Positions 18,990-28,891 of a DNA stretch of 64,000 bases are shown here, piece after piece. Made by a program: the position numbers and the translations under genes. The DNA is from an uncultured virus (IMG/VR IMGVR_UViG_3300023227_000005) (Duplodnaviria; Heunggongvirae; Uroviricota; Caudoviricetes): the IMG/VR virus record IMGVR_UViG_3300023227_000005; one strand, written 5' to 3'. Below the pieces are notes generated by a model. It saw nothing but the letters and a program-made list of their open reading frames with translations, was not told where the DNA came from and searched no databases. Within the stretch, counting starts at the first letter, position 1, and each line of letters starts with the position of its first letter.

Positions 18990-19519
18990 AATTGGTTCTC
19001 TGTGACAATCTTGCAGAATTGAATTAGTTCTTCGTCTGTAAATGTGTTCCTGGCATAGTTAGCCATCACAGATATAAATCTAATGTTTCCAATTTCGTAC
19101 CCTTTGGAATTGTCTATCCTGTCTAGGGAAGCGTCGTATGGAGTAGCCCCTAGGCCGCTAGTAGAATTGGTTTTTAGTACCATCCTATAGCCAGTAAAAG
19201 GACAAATACCCAACTGCTTTTCCCACTGTTCTTTAAGATTTTGAAGCGTGACTTCGCAACGCTTTCTACCCTTGTTATTGATTTTCTTAAAGGTGTGTCT
19301 GAATGGAGTGTATTCGTCAATCCTGTTCTTAGGGTCTAAATGATTCCACTTATGATTTTCCAAGCACTTTGGCGACTGTAGATTTTTCTTTGTTATTTTG
19401 GCAGCACACTTGCTGTCGCAGTAATTGTTTCTTCCCACTCGTTTATTTCTGTTTATTTCCCTATTGTCTTTGAGAAACTCTTTCTCACAAGCGTTGCATT
19501 TAATCTTTGATTTTGCCAC
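18986..19519 (-). CDS. Free-standing HNH-like homing endonuclease
   Basis: GTG start with AAGGAG RBS; CNAC...YCDSKC; CPFTG; ASLDRIDNSKGYEIGNIRF...AN. Confidence 0.82.
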   Translation of the reverse strand: MAKSKIKCNACEKEFLKDNREINRNKRVGRNNYCDSKCAAKITKKNLQSPKCLENHKWNHLDPKNRIDEYTPFRHTFKKINNKGRKRCEVTLQNLKEQWEKQLGICPFTGYRMVLKTNSTSGLGATPYDASLDRIDNSKGYEIGNIRFISVMANYARNTFTDEELIQFCKIVTENQL

Positions 19520-19584
19520 CTGGGTCTCCTTAGTTGAGGTACAATGTATTATACACCAAAAAAGTGGACCCAGTGACAAAAAAG

Positions 19585-19922
19585 TGGAGGTGTTGGGAAT
19601 TGCACCCAAGTATCCTGCGCAATCCAATTAACCGTCTACACCGATAGCTCATTGTATTCGCACAATAAGCAAAGCTAACAACCTTTGGTCGCCGTCAAGC
19701 AAGTATGTATGCCATAACTCTAGTTTTAGCATGAGTATGCGATCCCCTATTCTGGGGGAGCTAGGCACTTTTGGGCAACAGGGAAAGGCCATCCCCGGCA
19801 GCTACGCTGCTAGTGCGAAATTTTCGACAACTAAAAACTTTGGATCGCTTTTATACTGGCCTCAATCCAACCAGTCGGTGCAAGCTAATCTTCAAAACGC
19901 GGAGCGATTCTAATTCACCCCC
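19585..19922 (-). ncRNA. ssrA: tmRNA; tag peptide (A)VENFALAA* encoded at 19828-19802
   Basis: Acceptor GGGGGTG/CACCTCC-A with G3:U70, T-arm TTGGG-TGCAATT-CCCAA, TAGTT upstream of the resume codon, tag ending ALAA. Confidence 0.95.
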
Positions 19923-19943
19923 GAATCATGTCTCTGTAAGAGA

Positions 19944-20147
19944 CTATACACTAGAAACTTCCTTCCACTTGTACTTCTTGTAATTGACTGGAGTGCTGGG
20001 CTCTTTCTCGTCGTCTTCATAGTCCCAGAACATCTTCAAACAATCAGCACACACAACTCGTGCATCACCGTCCTCTTCGACCCTCTCAATCGTAACGCGT
20101 TGAAAGGTGCCGCAAAATTCGCAATCGTCGATCATGTGATTCATCAA
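19944..20147 (-). CDS. Small Zn-ribbon protein
   Basis: CEFC...CADC. Confidence 0.65.
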   Translation of the reverse strand: MMNHMIDDCEFCGTFQRVTIERVEEDGDARVVCADCLKMFWDYEDDEKEPSTPVNYKKYKWKEVSSV

Positions 20148-20176
20148 AAAACCTAAGTGAAAGTATCGTTACTAGT

Positions 20177-20204
20177 ATTATAGTCAAAAGTCAGGTTTTG
20201 TCAA
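20177..20204 (-). promoter_or_regulatory. Promoter TTGACA-N16-TATAAT
   Basis: Perfect hexamers, 16-bp spacer; upstream of the tmRNA. Confidence 0.85.
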
Positions 20205-20545
20205 GCAGTATTTGCTCGTTTTCTCGATCTTTTTTTGGATCGAATGTCTGAAAGCTTGAAGGGCGACTTCGTCTCGACCTTGGGCTTCTTACGCTTGAAT
20301 GAATAGGTCGGAATGACGCACTCACGGGGTGTAGGCTTGATCTTGTAATCCTCTCCCCTTTTCGACGCTTCGTCCTTGAGGGCCAACTGAGCTAGGTAGA
20401 ATTGCCCACCCACTTCTGTGACCGCTGGCCAATACTCCACTTGGTCATTTCGTCTCTTATGCGGCCCAAGGTACTTATTTGCCTCTTCTACTCCCAAAGG
20501 GTCTATACGTTCTTGGTTGCTCATTTTTGATACGTCTTCACTCAT
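20201..20545 (-). CDS. Hypothetical basic protein
   Basis: RBS GAGGA. Confidence 0.7.
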   Translation of the reverse strand: MSEDVSKMSNQERIDPLGVEEANKYLGPHKRRNDQVEYWPAVTEVGGQFYLAQLALKDEASKRGEDYKIKPTPRECVIPTYSFKRKKPKVETKSPFKLSDIRSKKRSRKRANTA

Positions 20546-20593
20546 TTTATTTCCTCATTATGAAATTTTAGTTGATCACCAATCCTGTAAAAC

Positions 20594-21358
20594 CTAGCCA
20601 CCTTTAGCTTGACTTTCTTTCCCATGTGTTCTATCTCTACGAACTTGTAGCCATAACGACGAGGCAAAATTAATAATACTTGGATTCTTATTTACTACTT
20701 GCCCATCGGGATTTTCCACCATTGCTTCTCGACTCTCATCAGAATAGCTACACTGAGACACAGCCTCAGGTTCAGCACCGCAACTGCTCGCTAAACGCAT
20801 GTTCTTGATAACCTCTGAGCTACCCTGAAAAGCCATCAAAGACTTACTTGTGGAGTAGTTTGAGATATGACCAGCGTCAATGTTCAGGTTTCGACCAACC
20901 GCAAACGAGTCTTGATTAGCACCAAGGAACATAAACTGCCAACCGTACTTGTCTTTTTGATGCTTAATCATTTCAGCGATACGCATCTGAGAATACTCAC
21001 GACTTGCGTTTTCCCCTCCGTCTGTCATGATCGCAACAATAACGAGGCCTGGGCGATCTTCCTCTTTCATATTTGCCAAGCGAATACCGGTGGCATCAAT
21101 GGCGGTTCCAATTCCGTCGCGAAGAGCCGTTCCCCCTTGTGGTTCTAGTTTTATAGCACCGATTTCCCGAATGTCAACCCCTTCGTAGACTTTTTCTACA
21201 GAATTGTTGAAGCGAAAATAGCTAACGGCGACTTCGCCGGGTTCCTCGGTTTGGTCCTTGATTAGACTTCTGGCACCACCCTCTGTGTCTTCGACACAGC
21301 TAAACATCGAGCCGCTTCTATCCAATACCAATACCAACTCTGTTTTGTCTTTATTCAT
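20594..21358 (-). CDS. vWA domain protein
   Basis: LDRSGSM, GGTALRD, MTDGGENAS, WQFMFLGAN. Confidence 0.92.
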   Translation of the reverse strand: MNKDKTELVLVLDRSGSMFSCVEDTEGGARSLIKDQTEEPGEVAVSYFRFNNSVEKVYEGVDIREIGAIKLEPQGGTALRDGIGTAIDATGIRLANMKEEDRPGLVIVAIMTDGGENASREYSQMRIAEMIKHQKDKYGWQFMFLGANQDSFAVGRNLNIDAGHISNYSTSKSLMAFQGSSEVIKNMRLASSCGAEPEAVSQCSYSDESREAMVENPDGQVVNKNPSIINFASSLWLQVRRDRTHGKESQAKGG

Positions 21359-21446
21359 CTCTGTTCAACCTCTCTAAAAGTTTCCTTGTTAAAATCCTAT
21401 AGAGTCTCTACGACTATGCGAAACTCAGCTATTTTTTCTTCTGGGC

Positions 21447-22253
21447 TCATAGGTGCTTCTCCACATGCTGAATGATCTTTTTGTAGTCTGCGTCGTACCA
21501 TCCGGCAGCAAACAGACTGTTTAGCTCTAGCACTTTGATGGTTCCGTCTTGAAGAAGTGCTAGGTCAATTGTATAGTAATCATCTGGAAAATACTCAGCA
21601 CCCCAAGCTGCAGGTTCGCAGTATGAGGTAATCTTTTCTTCTGACAGTTGATTCATTTCGTTACCGCTATAAAAACTATAGCTGATAACTTTATCTAGGT
21701 GCATCATCACCCGATACTCAGATACGATACCCTTGTGACACGACACTAAAACTAGGTCGTCGCCAGTAGGATTGTTCCCAGGTAGACTCTCGATAGAAGC
21801 GAGGTCTCTCTCCCACCACTTTTTAGTTATGTAGTTGCCCGTAAAGATCTTTTTACCAGAGTTTGGCCTGATGAAAAGCTTGTCACAATCTAACCACGCA
21901 AAGTATTGATCTGCATACATACTTAAAACAGACCAAGGCACAAAGAAGTGGTCTTGGTTAAGCATCGAATCTAGCCAATGCGAATAGTACCTAGTACAAT
22001 CATATCTTTCCTCAGTTACGCCAATGGGGGCGATCTTCTTAAAAACATTGATATACTTGTGACGCATAAGTTGCACAAATTCAACAGATCCCCTAAATAC
22101 AGCAGGCCCCTCGTCATTTGACCAAGCACCTGTTGGGGGATTTACCACCTGTTCTCCAACGCAGTCACAACGAAAGACACCTAGCTCGTCTAGGGCGTCC
22201 TTCATTTTTTGCTCTTCATAAGCTCCAAAGATGTCTTTCTGAATGTGCCACAT
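21447..22253 (-). CDS. ATP-grasp protein (R2K/DUF4343-like)
   Basis: LFIRPNSGKKIFTG, EYR, YTIDLA...KVLELN. Confidence 0.78.
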   Translation of the reverse strand: MWHIQKDIFGAYEEQKMKDALDELGVFRCDCVGEQVVNPPTGAWSNDEGPAVFRGSVEFVQLMRHKYINVFKKIAPIGVTEERYDCTRYYSHWLDSMLNQDHFFVPWSVLSMYADQYFAWLDCDKLFIRPNSGKKIFTGNYITKKWWERDLASIESLPGNNPTGDDLVLVSCHKGIVSEYRVMMHLDKVISYSFYSGNEMNQLSEEKITSYCEPAAWGAEYFPDDYYTIDLALLQDGTIKVLELNSLFAAGWYDADYKKIIQHVEKHL

Positions 22254-22257
22254 TGTC

Positions 22258-22650
22258 TTAGCCTAGGTTTCCGAGGTTGTCGTCTTCGTCGTGAACGCAA
22301 TCTTCTTTGCCACAACAGTCTGGCTCTGTGTAGGCTTCGTCTTGAAACTTAAACATGTTCGTCAGAATCTCAAGGCCCTCTCTGCACTCAGCGTCGGCCT
22401 TCTTCTCTTCTTCTGTCATGCTCCTGATCTCCATACTGGCAGACACCAACTCGTAGATCACAAGGCCTCTATAAAGGTCTTCCTTGAAAGCATTGATTTC
22501 CAATACTGGCTCACAAGTAAAGTCTTCTGCACTCTTACCCTGACTTTCCAAGTGCTTAATAGCCAATCGCTTGTAAGACAATTCTCTTTCTAGCTCAAGT
22601 TGGTCAAGTTCGTCTTGCGTGAATACGATTGTGGTAATTTCTACGCTCAT
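22258..22650 (-). CDS. Hypothetical acidic protein
   Basis: Operon-coupled ORF. Confidence 0.7.
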   Translation of the reverse strand: MSVEITTIVFTQDELDQLELERELSYKRLAIKHLESQGKSAEDFTCEPVLEINAFKEDLYRGLVIYELVSASMEIRSMTEEEKKADAECREGLEILTNMFKFQDEAYTEPDCCGKEDCVHDEDDNLGNLG

Positions 22651-23074
22651 AAAAAACTCCTAAAGGTCAAACTAATTCGAGTACCGCAAGGTCTGTCCCA
22701 CTTGGGAATCTTGTGTAGATACTCATCCTGAAATCCTGGCGGCATGGTAAACACACTACCATGCTCTAATAGCCGTCTTTGATCTGCGGGCACTTCGCCC
22801 TTCTCTCCTTTTGGCTTCCACCAAATCTCTCTTTCGGCACCTAAAGAAACAACAACAATAGGCTTTGTCTCATCCATGCCTGGGAAGTTGTCTGCGTGCC
22901 AACCAAGGTGTTGCTTCTCGTCTTGTTGCCGTATGAGTATGTTCTAGGAATAAAAGACATGAAGTACTCACGCCTAGCTGAGCGTTGTTCTACCCACCTT
23001 AGTCTCAATACTTCTTTTTGAAGTTCTGAATCAAAGTCTTCCCCCATGTCTAGTTTGTAATAACTTGGTTTCAT
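22647..23074 (-). pseudogene. AlkB-like 2OG-Fe(II) dioxygenase, frameshifted with apparent internal deletion
   Basis: Frame 1 ...RTYSYGNK joins frame 2 DEKQHLGWHADN...VVSLGAER...HKIPK...RISLTFR near 22922. Confidence 0.8.
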
Positions 23075-23757
23075 GATTGTGTGACCCTATCTAGTTTGTT
23101 TTCGTTGTGGAACTTGCCGTCGTACTCAATCGCCCTCAACTCTCCTAGGCACATAAACCTAGTGCCATTGTGCTGAAAGTCAATCGTTCTGTGGAAGTGT
23201 CCAAAGATCCAAACATCAGGTCTATGGGCTTCGTGACAATCTTGAAGAAGTTGTTGAGTGTCTGTATTGAAGCTGTCGGCATCATAGCCCCAAGAGGTTA
23301 AAATCCCTGGACTGCCGATGATCTTAGCAATACTAGTTGGGCAAGTGTGCGTAATCATTACGCTTGGTCTTTGCTTCTTGTAGTCAGACAGAGCGGCCTC
23401 TTGCTGTTCTTTGTTTAATTGCTCTTCATTCCACCAGGACTTCTTACCAGTATCCCTCTCTCTAATAAATCGATCTTTCCAATCAATAGAGAAGGCACCT
23501 CTAATAAAGTAGAAATCTAGTTCTCCAACAGAACGGCTACCAAAGTCACCGAGGCCATGAGGGCAAACATGATATACGTCGTAATTGTCGTGGTTCCCTC
23601 CAAGGAATTTGTGCTTGTCTGAGTCCAATTCCTCAAGGTCTTCATAATGAAAGCCCATATCCCCAATTTGAATGCTGTGTTCGCAGCCAGAATCCTGTAC
23701 GTCTTCAACGTAGTGTTCTGTTAGACCGTGGCAATCTCCTGTAATTCTTACTGTCAT
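23071..23757 (-). CDS. Calcineurin-like metallophosphoesterase
   Basis: GDCHG, GDMG, GNHD, THTCP, FGHFH. Confidence 0.92.
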   Translation of the reverse strand: MTVRITGDCHGLTEHYVEDVQDSGCEHSIQIGDMGFHYEDLEELDSDKHKFLGGNHDNYDVYHVCPHGLGDFGSRSVGELDFYFIRGAFSIDWKDRFIRERDTGKKSWWNEEQLNKEQQEAALSDYKKQRPSVMITHTCPTSIAKIIGSPGILTSWGYDADSFNTDTQQLLQDCHEAHRPDVWIFGHFHRTIDFQHNGTRFMCLGELRAIEYDGKFHNENKLDRVTQS

Positions 23758-24180
23758 TTTACTTGTCCGCAGTGTGGGCATCTATAGGTCTTAAAGACCT
23801 TATGTGGAATAAGCTTGTAGTCGTGTAGTCCTACAAAACAAAGAAACTCTCTTACTATGTCTGGCATCACTTGTCTCCATACTTAGATTTTAACTCATAC
23901 ATGAACAATATAAGGTAGGCCAGTAAACTTCCTGACAGAGCCTTTGTGTTTCTCTCGTGCAAATTCTAGTGGTGTCATTGTTGACTCGTTAGGAAGTAAT
24001 AATAGGCCCCGGCAATTGCTAGAGCAATAACAAAGAAATAACTAAAGAAAGCCTTCACTCTGCTTTTGAATATTTTTGTCATGTTATTTTCTATGTAAGA
24101 GTATTGAGAATCCAACAGCGGCAGCAAACACCAATATGTCTACTGCCACTATGAGCAATGTAACCAAAAAGCTAAACATT

Positions 24181-25812
24181 TTACACCGGGTAGTCTACGC
24201 CGCAGGCGAGTCTTTCCCGAATGCCTTCAAGGGTTTCGTCTACAAGTAGCTTACCATCCTCGAACACTGGAATTAATTCGCCGCCAGCTTCCTCTTCTTT
24301 AGTACATTGATCCTTCAAGACGAGTGTCGATCCATGACTTCCTTCAACCCGATCAACTCGCAATAGTCCACAAGCAGACTTCTTCTTGCCGTCGTCGGTA
24401 ACTGGGTCTTTGAAAATATTGTGCCCAACGCCGTCAATTTGAGCCCAAGTAGCCTTACAAGCAATGTAGAACGTGTCACGAGTGTTGTACTGGTAGGTGA
24501 AACTACCGACACCAAAGACAACGTTATTGGAAGCATAACCCTTAGCTTCTAGCTGACTACAAATCGCTTCACAACGCTCAAGTGTGATGCTGTCACCATA
24601 AATCAACCCAACCTTGGGGTTCAGTTCTTGGTATTCAGCTTCATTCGTCGTGGTTCCAAACTTGTCAGCAAGAATCTCGATGGCACCCTTCACTTCGTGA
24701 ATACTCAACTCGTTGAAGCTAAGGTCAAAGCACTTCCCATCGGTTGTACGCAAAGCGTCGGTCTCATCATCCAAGCAGGGCAAGAAAGACTGCAACCAGG
24801 GCGACGACTTGGACTTGGCCAATAGCTCTTCACTATGGCCATGGAAGTCCTCTACAAAGTAGCCGCAGATAATCTTGATGGGATTACCAGTGTCGGGTCG
24901 GAATACAACCTTGCCGTCTCGTGCTTCAATCTCTTCCTCTAGCGACGGTGCGATTTCGGTCAACACCTTCCACAAGTCCCACGTATCACTGACGATGGAC
25001 ACAATACCATTGGGATAGGTTTCAGTAATGAGACGCTTAAAGGTTTCTCTTTCATTAGCCTTTCCTCCTGCACATTGGACTGAGTGTTCCGTCGCCGGAA
25101 CGCTACAGCTAACAAGTTCATTTTGAAGATCAGCGTTATAGTATTCCTCTAAAAAGAATTGCCCAGGAACAGTATCACTACCAACAAAAGACAACAAGTG
25201 AGCAGCATCGGTGGTTAACGAACTTTCAAAGCTACTCATTCCACGCATTGAGAAATTATGAGCCTGGAATGCGACATGGTCACGATTGTCACAGGTTGTA
25301 TCGGCATAACTATTCAATAGCTTGCGATATTGATCCGCAATTGTTGCACAGGTTAGTGGGTTCCACATAACATTCTGCATGATTGTTTCAATAAAGTTAG
25401 TCAGCCAGTAAAAATCTGAGTGAGTATTGATAATTGTACAGTAGGGCACTCCAATTGGGCATCGAGTCCCCTCAGGTAGGGACTTAATACTCAAAGGCAG
25501 ATAACCTAGATCATGCAAGTCTTCATATTTTGCCATATCTAGCTTTACATCTGGCATATAACGAGCAAAGAAGTTTTCAAGCTCTTGAATAACTTCTCCT
25601 TTAGGTCTGTCAAAGAAGTCTTCGTTAAACCTGCGAATCAAATATTCTTTAATGAAGTACTGTAGGCCAAAAGTTATTACTTTGTCTATATCCTTCATTC
25701 TGGATGCTCTAGCAGTGATGTTGGAGTAGACATACTCTGTATTTTTAGGGTATTGCTCCTTATGAGTGAGCTTATAGCTGTCACTTAGCAAAAGTGGGTT
25801 AATTTTCAACAT
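24181..25812 (-). CDS. Nicotinamide phosphoribosyltransferase family protein (NadV/Namat-like)
   Basis: DSYKLTH, PATEHSV, SIVSDTWD, FRPDTG, IYGDSIT, FGVGSF, KDPVTD.GKKKS. Confidence 0.95.
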   Translation of the reverse strand: MLKINPLLLSDSYKLTHKEQYPKNTEYVYSNITARASRMKDIDKVITFGLQYFIKEYLIRRFNEDFFDRPKGEVIQELENFFARYMPDVKLDMAKYEDLHDLGYLPLSIKSLPEGTRCPIGVPYCTIINTHSDFYWLTNFIETIMQNVMWNPLTCATIADQYRKLLNSYADTTCDNRDHVAFQAHNFSMRGMSSFESSLTTDAAHLLSFVGSDTVPGQFFLEEYYNADLQNELVSCSVPATEHSVQCAGGKANERETFKRLITETYPNGIVSIVSDTWDLWKVLTEIAPSLEEEIEARDGKVVFRPDTGNPIKIICGYFVEDFHGHSEELLAKSKSSPWLQSFLPCLDDETDALRTTDGKCFDLSFNELSIHEVKGAIEILADKFGTTTNEAEYQELNPKVGLIYGDSITLERCEAICSQLEAKGYASNNVVFGVGSFTYQYNTRDTFYIACKATWAQIDGVGHNIFKDPVTDDGKKKSACGLLRVDRVEGSHGSTLVLKDQCTKEEEAGGELIPVFEDGKLLVDETLEGIRERLACGVDYPV

Positions 25813-25885
25813 TTTACGGCCTTAAACGAGTTTTTTGGTGTATAATACTTAGAAGGTCACTAACATTATACACGACGGAGAGTAT

Positions 25886-26806
25886 TTGTCAATGGGAAAA
25901 GTTACAGAATCAGTAAAAAAAGAGATTCAGGCCCGCTATCCAAGCGAAGATTCGCACAAATTAGCGGAGGATCTGGGTTTTAGCTATCACACGATCATGA
26001 AATGGGCACAAAAGCTAGGTTTGAAAAAATCGTCAGACTATAGAACTCACAACTCTTTAAGTAAAGAAGAAGAAGAAATTCTCAAATCATACTACTCAAA
26101 CGAACCTATGAAGTCACTATGTAAAATGTTAAACAAGAAACCAGGGGCAATACATGAGCTTGCTAGAAGGAGGGGAATCAAAAGGGTCATCAACGAAACT
26201 AGAAAGGGCACACTGGAGCCTTTATTTAACAAATCTATTGAGTCATACTATTGGCTAGGCTTCATTGCGGCAGACGGCTACGTAGCTAAAAATGGTCACT
26301 TCATGATATCACAATCTGAAAAGGACAAGGAAACCATTGAGAAAATGGCAGAATACTTACGATCAAACATTTACATCAGAACGGGAAAAAGCGGATTTAA
26401 CGACAATTACACTTCTTACAGGATTAATATCTGCGACAAAGTTCTCGGAGTCGCCCTCAATCAACTCTTTGGATTAAAACCTGGAGAGAAAAAGACCTAC
26501 ACGCCACTCTCCTTAGATTTCATCAAAACTCAAGATCAAGCTGTTGCCTTCCTCTGTGGAGTAATAGACGGAGACGGATCTAAACAAGGCAAAAGCTACC
26601 GAATTCAATGTCACAAATCTCAACTCCAAACATTTACAAATCTATCTAAGTTGTTACCAAAGGAAATAAGCCTTCAAGTCTCTTTGAGATACAGAAGGGA
26701 TAAAGACGACTCTTTTTGTCACGCGGACACCCTTAAAGAATCCTCAAAATACCTAAGAGAATTTTGTCAAAAACACTCAATAGGCTCGACCAGAAAATTT
26801 AGCTAA
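25886..26806 (+). CDS. Free-standing LAGLIDADG homing endonuclease
   Basis: YWLGFIAADG and FLCGVIDGDG; N-terminal HTH-like repeats; the only large plus-strand ORF. Confidence 0.9.
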   Translation: MSMGKVTESVKKEIQARYPSEDSHKLAEDLGFSYHTIMKWAQKLGLKKSSDYRTHNSLSKEEEEILKSYYSNEPMKSLCKMLNKKPGAIHELARRRGIKRVINETRKGTLEPLFNKSIESYYWLGFIAADGYVAKNGHFMISQSEKDKETIEKMAEYLRSNIYIRTGKSGFNDNYTSYRINICDKVLGVALNQLFGLKPGEKKTYTPLSLDFIKTQDQAVAFLCGVIDGDGSKQGKSYRIQCHKSQLQTFTNLSKLLPKEISLQVSLRYRRDKDDSFCHADTLKESSKYLREFCQKHSIGSTRKFS

Positions 26807-27030
26807 TCCCTTGACTTTGTCCAGTCCTTCCTGTAGAGGGGATCGTTTTGCCAGTGGTCCCGATAGGGGTCTTTTGGTCTTACTTCATCATTATAGTCCC
26901 TTGGGGCCGATTCGTCAACCCCAAAATACCACAAAGGATCAGAATACTTGAAAATACTTTTCAGCTTTTCGTCTTCCATTGCACCGGGGATTTTATCGAT
27001 GCAATTCCACATCAACCCGCCATCCTTCAA
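26803..27030 (-). CDS. Hypothetical protein
   Basis: Short ORF convergent with the LAGLIDADG gene. Confidence 0.55.
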   Translation of the reverse strand: MKDGGLMWNCIDKIPGAMEDEKLKSIFKYSDPLWYFGVDESAPRDYNDEVRPKDPYRDHWQNDPLYRKDWTKSRD

Positions 27031-27946
27031 ATTGAAAGCTAGTAGTAAGGAACATACTTGGGTGGACTCCGTTTATACCCACCGAATGGCAATCGGTGAT
27101 AACCTTGTGGTCATCGTCTACAAAGGTAACGTCCTTGTAGTTTAACTTTAAGTTCGCACAGACGTTTCTTAGCATAATAAACTTGTAACGCTTATTGCCG
27201 ATAAAGTGTCTGTCTTCTGCCTCCACGAATGGGGCGTTCTTGTTCAACCAAGACTCTTTGTCTTTCGTACACAGGCTGTCTGGAGACGCCGATAGAACAT
27301 AAACCCTTGCCCCTTGACTTTCAAGAGATTGAATCTTCTCTAGCACAGGGACTACAGGTTTTGCATTTCGGAAGTAACGACCTTCAATGAAGTTGATACA
27401 TCCGTATTCATCAAATGGAATGTGCTGATAAGCAGCCATCGTTCCATCCATGTCCATGAAAATGTGCTTATTCGTATAGTGGGGCACACGAATCATTTCG
27501 TCAACCAAGTCTTCGTATCTAATCAGACACTCATTGATCTTGACCGACTTTCTAATGATCTCAATTTCTGGAACAGGAATGTAGCGGTTACGCTCAGCAT
27601 TTCTCTCTAAGCAAACGCTAACAGGAGTGTCAATAAAGACAATCTTGACGTAGTAGCCTAAAGCCTTTAGTTGGCGGATAATACTTTCAGTGTAAGAGCT
27701 ATTAACTCCACCACCATCCACACAAATCTTTGGAGTATTATTCCTAGCTAGATCGAGAACATAACGCTCTGCTTCTCTAACACTGTACTCATGGGCTTCG
27801 TCCATAGGCACAGTTCCGCAGGGCATCTTGTCCTTGGTTACGTCAGCACTAACAACAACACAGTTTTGCAAACTGTTTTTGATAAAGTGAGACTTCCCAC
27901 AACCAGGGATGCCAACCATGATATAGGCTTCTTTAGGCTGATTCAT
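26993..27946 (-). CDS. P-loop kinase fused to HAD phosphatase (second Pnkp-like enzyme)
   Basis: GIPGCGKS, CLERNAER; DMDGT, FVDDD. Confidence 0.85.
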   Translation of the reverse strand: MNQPKEAYIMVGIPGCGKSHFIKNSLQNCVVVSADVTKDKMPCGTVPMDEAHEYSVREAERYVLDLARNNTPKICVDGGGVNSSYTESIIRQLKALGYYVKIVFIDTPVSVCLERNAERNRYIPVPEIEIIRKSVKINECLIRYEDLVDEMIRVPHYTNKHIFMDMDGTMAAYQHIPFDEYGCINFIEGRYFRNAKPVVPVLEKIQSLESQGARVYVLSASPDSLCTKDKESWLNKNAPFVEAEDRHFIGNKRYKFIMLRNVCANLKLNYKDVTFVDDDHKVITDCHSVGINGVHPSMFLTTSFQFEGWRVDVELHR

Positions 27947-28112
27947 TTACAATCTTTGCACTTGAAGGGTTTTTAATCAACAAAAGACCGTTGTGGTCTT
28001 CAACGATACAGCGAACAGATGTGCCGTTCAACTTCGTAAAGAGACAGACAACAACTCCTTTATAGTAGGAGTCTTTACCCTTAAACTCTACGGTGTCTCC
28101 GACACTACACAT
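27933..28112 (-). CDS. Small SH3-like protein (59 aa)
   Basis: MCSVGDTVEFKG...KGVVVCLF; fills the gap between neighbours. Confidence 0.55.
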   Translation of the reverse strand: MCSVGDTVEFKGKDSYYKGVVVCLFTKLNGTSVRCIVEDHNGLLLIKNPSSAKIVNESA

Positions 28113-28398
28113 TGGCAGGGTCTCGATCCAACCAAGCCTTAGCTTCGTCGATAGCGTTTTGTACTGTGTCGTTAGGAACCTTGGCAGTTGTGCCGTAGTT
28201 CATTCGACCAATCGCGATAGAACGTCCAATGGTTCGATCAAATCGGTCTGCACGTCGGACTTGCTCGCCCTTCGAGTTAGTACCACGAGAGGCGAAAGAC
28301 CAACCAAGACCCTTAGTTTCGGTGTTGACGCACACGACGCCAATTGGGTGACCGCCATCATCGCGGATATAACGGAACTTCACGTTTTTGTCGTTCAT
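28105..28398 (-). CDS. Hypothetical protein
   Basis: RBS GGAG; DRFDRTIGRSIAIGR phage-type motif. Confidence 0.75.
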   Translation of the reverse strand: MNDKNVKFRYIRDDGGHPIGVVCVNTETKGLGWSFASRGTNSKGEQVRRADRFDRTIGRSIAIGRMNYGTTAKVPNDTVQNAIDEAKAWLDRDPANV

Positions 28399-28432
28399 CT
28401 GTTTTCTCCAATAGAATGGGATTGTTTCCCCC

Positions 28433-28460
28433 ATTATACTGAGGGATTGGGATTTGTCAA
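28433..28460 (-). promoter_or_regulatory. Promoter TTGACA-N16-TATAAT
   Basis: Perfect hexamers, 16-bp spacer. Confidence 0.85.
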
Positions 28461-28579
28461 GAGGTAATCTAGGAAATTACCAAAACTCTTTGCTTCGGAA
28501 TAACATTTCGGTTCACAGAAAGGCTTTGGACATAGATGTTCCAAGTCTTGCTATAAACTGGCGTAACCTTCACTTCACG

Positions 28580-28891
28580 TTACACCTTTTTCTCGACTGT
28601 TATGACAACTTTTGTTACCTTATAGGAACTGTAACCACCATAGTCACCAGTGCTCCCACTAACTTTGTACTCAATCTTTGGGTTTTCGCCCTCAAGATAT
28701 CTATTGATCCGAGACGCATCAGTAAGAATGATCTTATTGAAGTCATCTATGGACATTTCGGTTCTTTTGGTTACGGTGGTTTTCACTTTATTTTCCTGGT
28801 ATGGGCAGTTTTGACAACCATAATTACAACACCAACCTCGTTTTAATAGAAATTCTCTACTTAGCGGCCTTGGTGTGTTCTCTAACGTCAC
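28580..28891 (-). CDS. Protein with CCxxGCxxCPY metal-binding motif
   Basis: FLLKRGWCCNYGCQNCPY. Confidence 0.7.
   Translation of the reverse strand: MTLENTPRPLSREFLLKRGWCCNYGCQNCPYQENKVKTTVTKRTEMSIDDFNKIILTDASRINRYLEGENPKIEYKVSGSTGDYGGYSSYKVTKVVITVEKKV

Noticed and set aside
19520..19627. N-terminal extension of the HNH ORF given in the track
   Set aside because: It overlaps the tmRNA 3' end and the promoter; GTG 19519 has a strong RBS.
19802..19828. Possible frameshifted tmRNA tag
   Set aside because: Rechecking the bases gives GTC GAA AAT TTC GCA CTA GCA GCG TAG, an in-frame normal tag.
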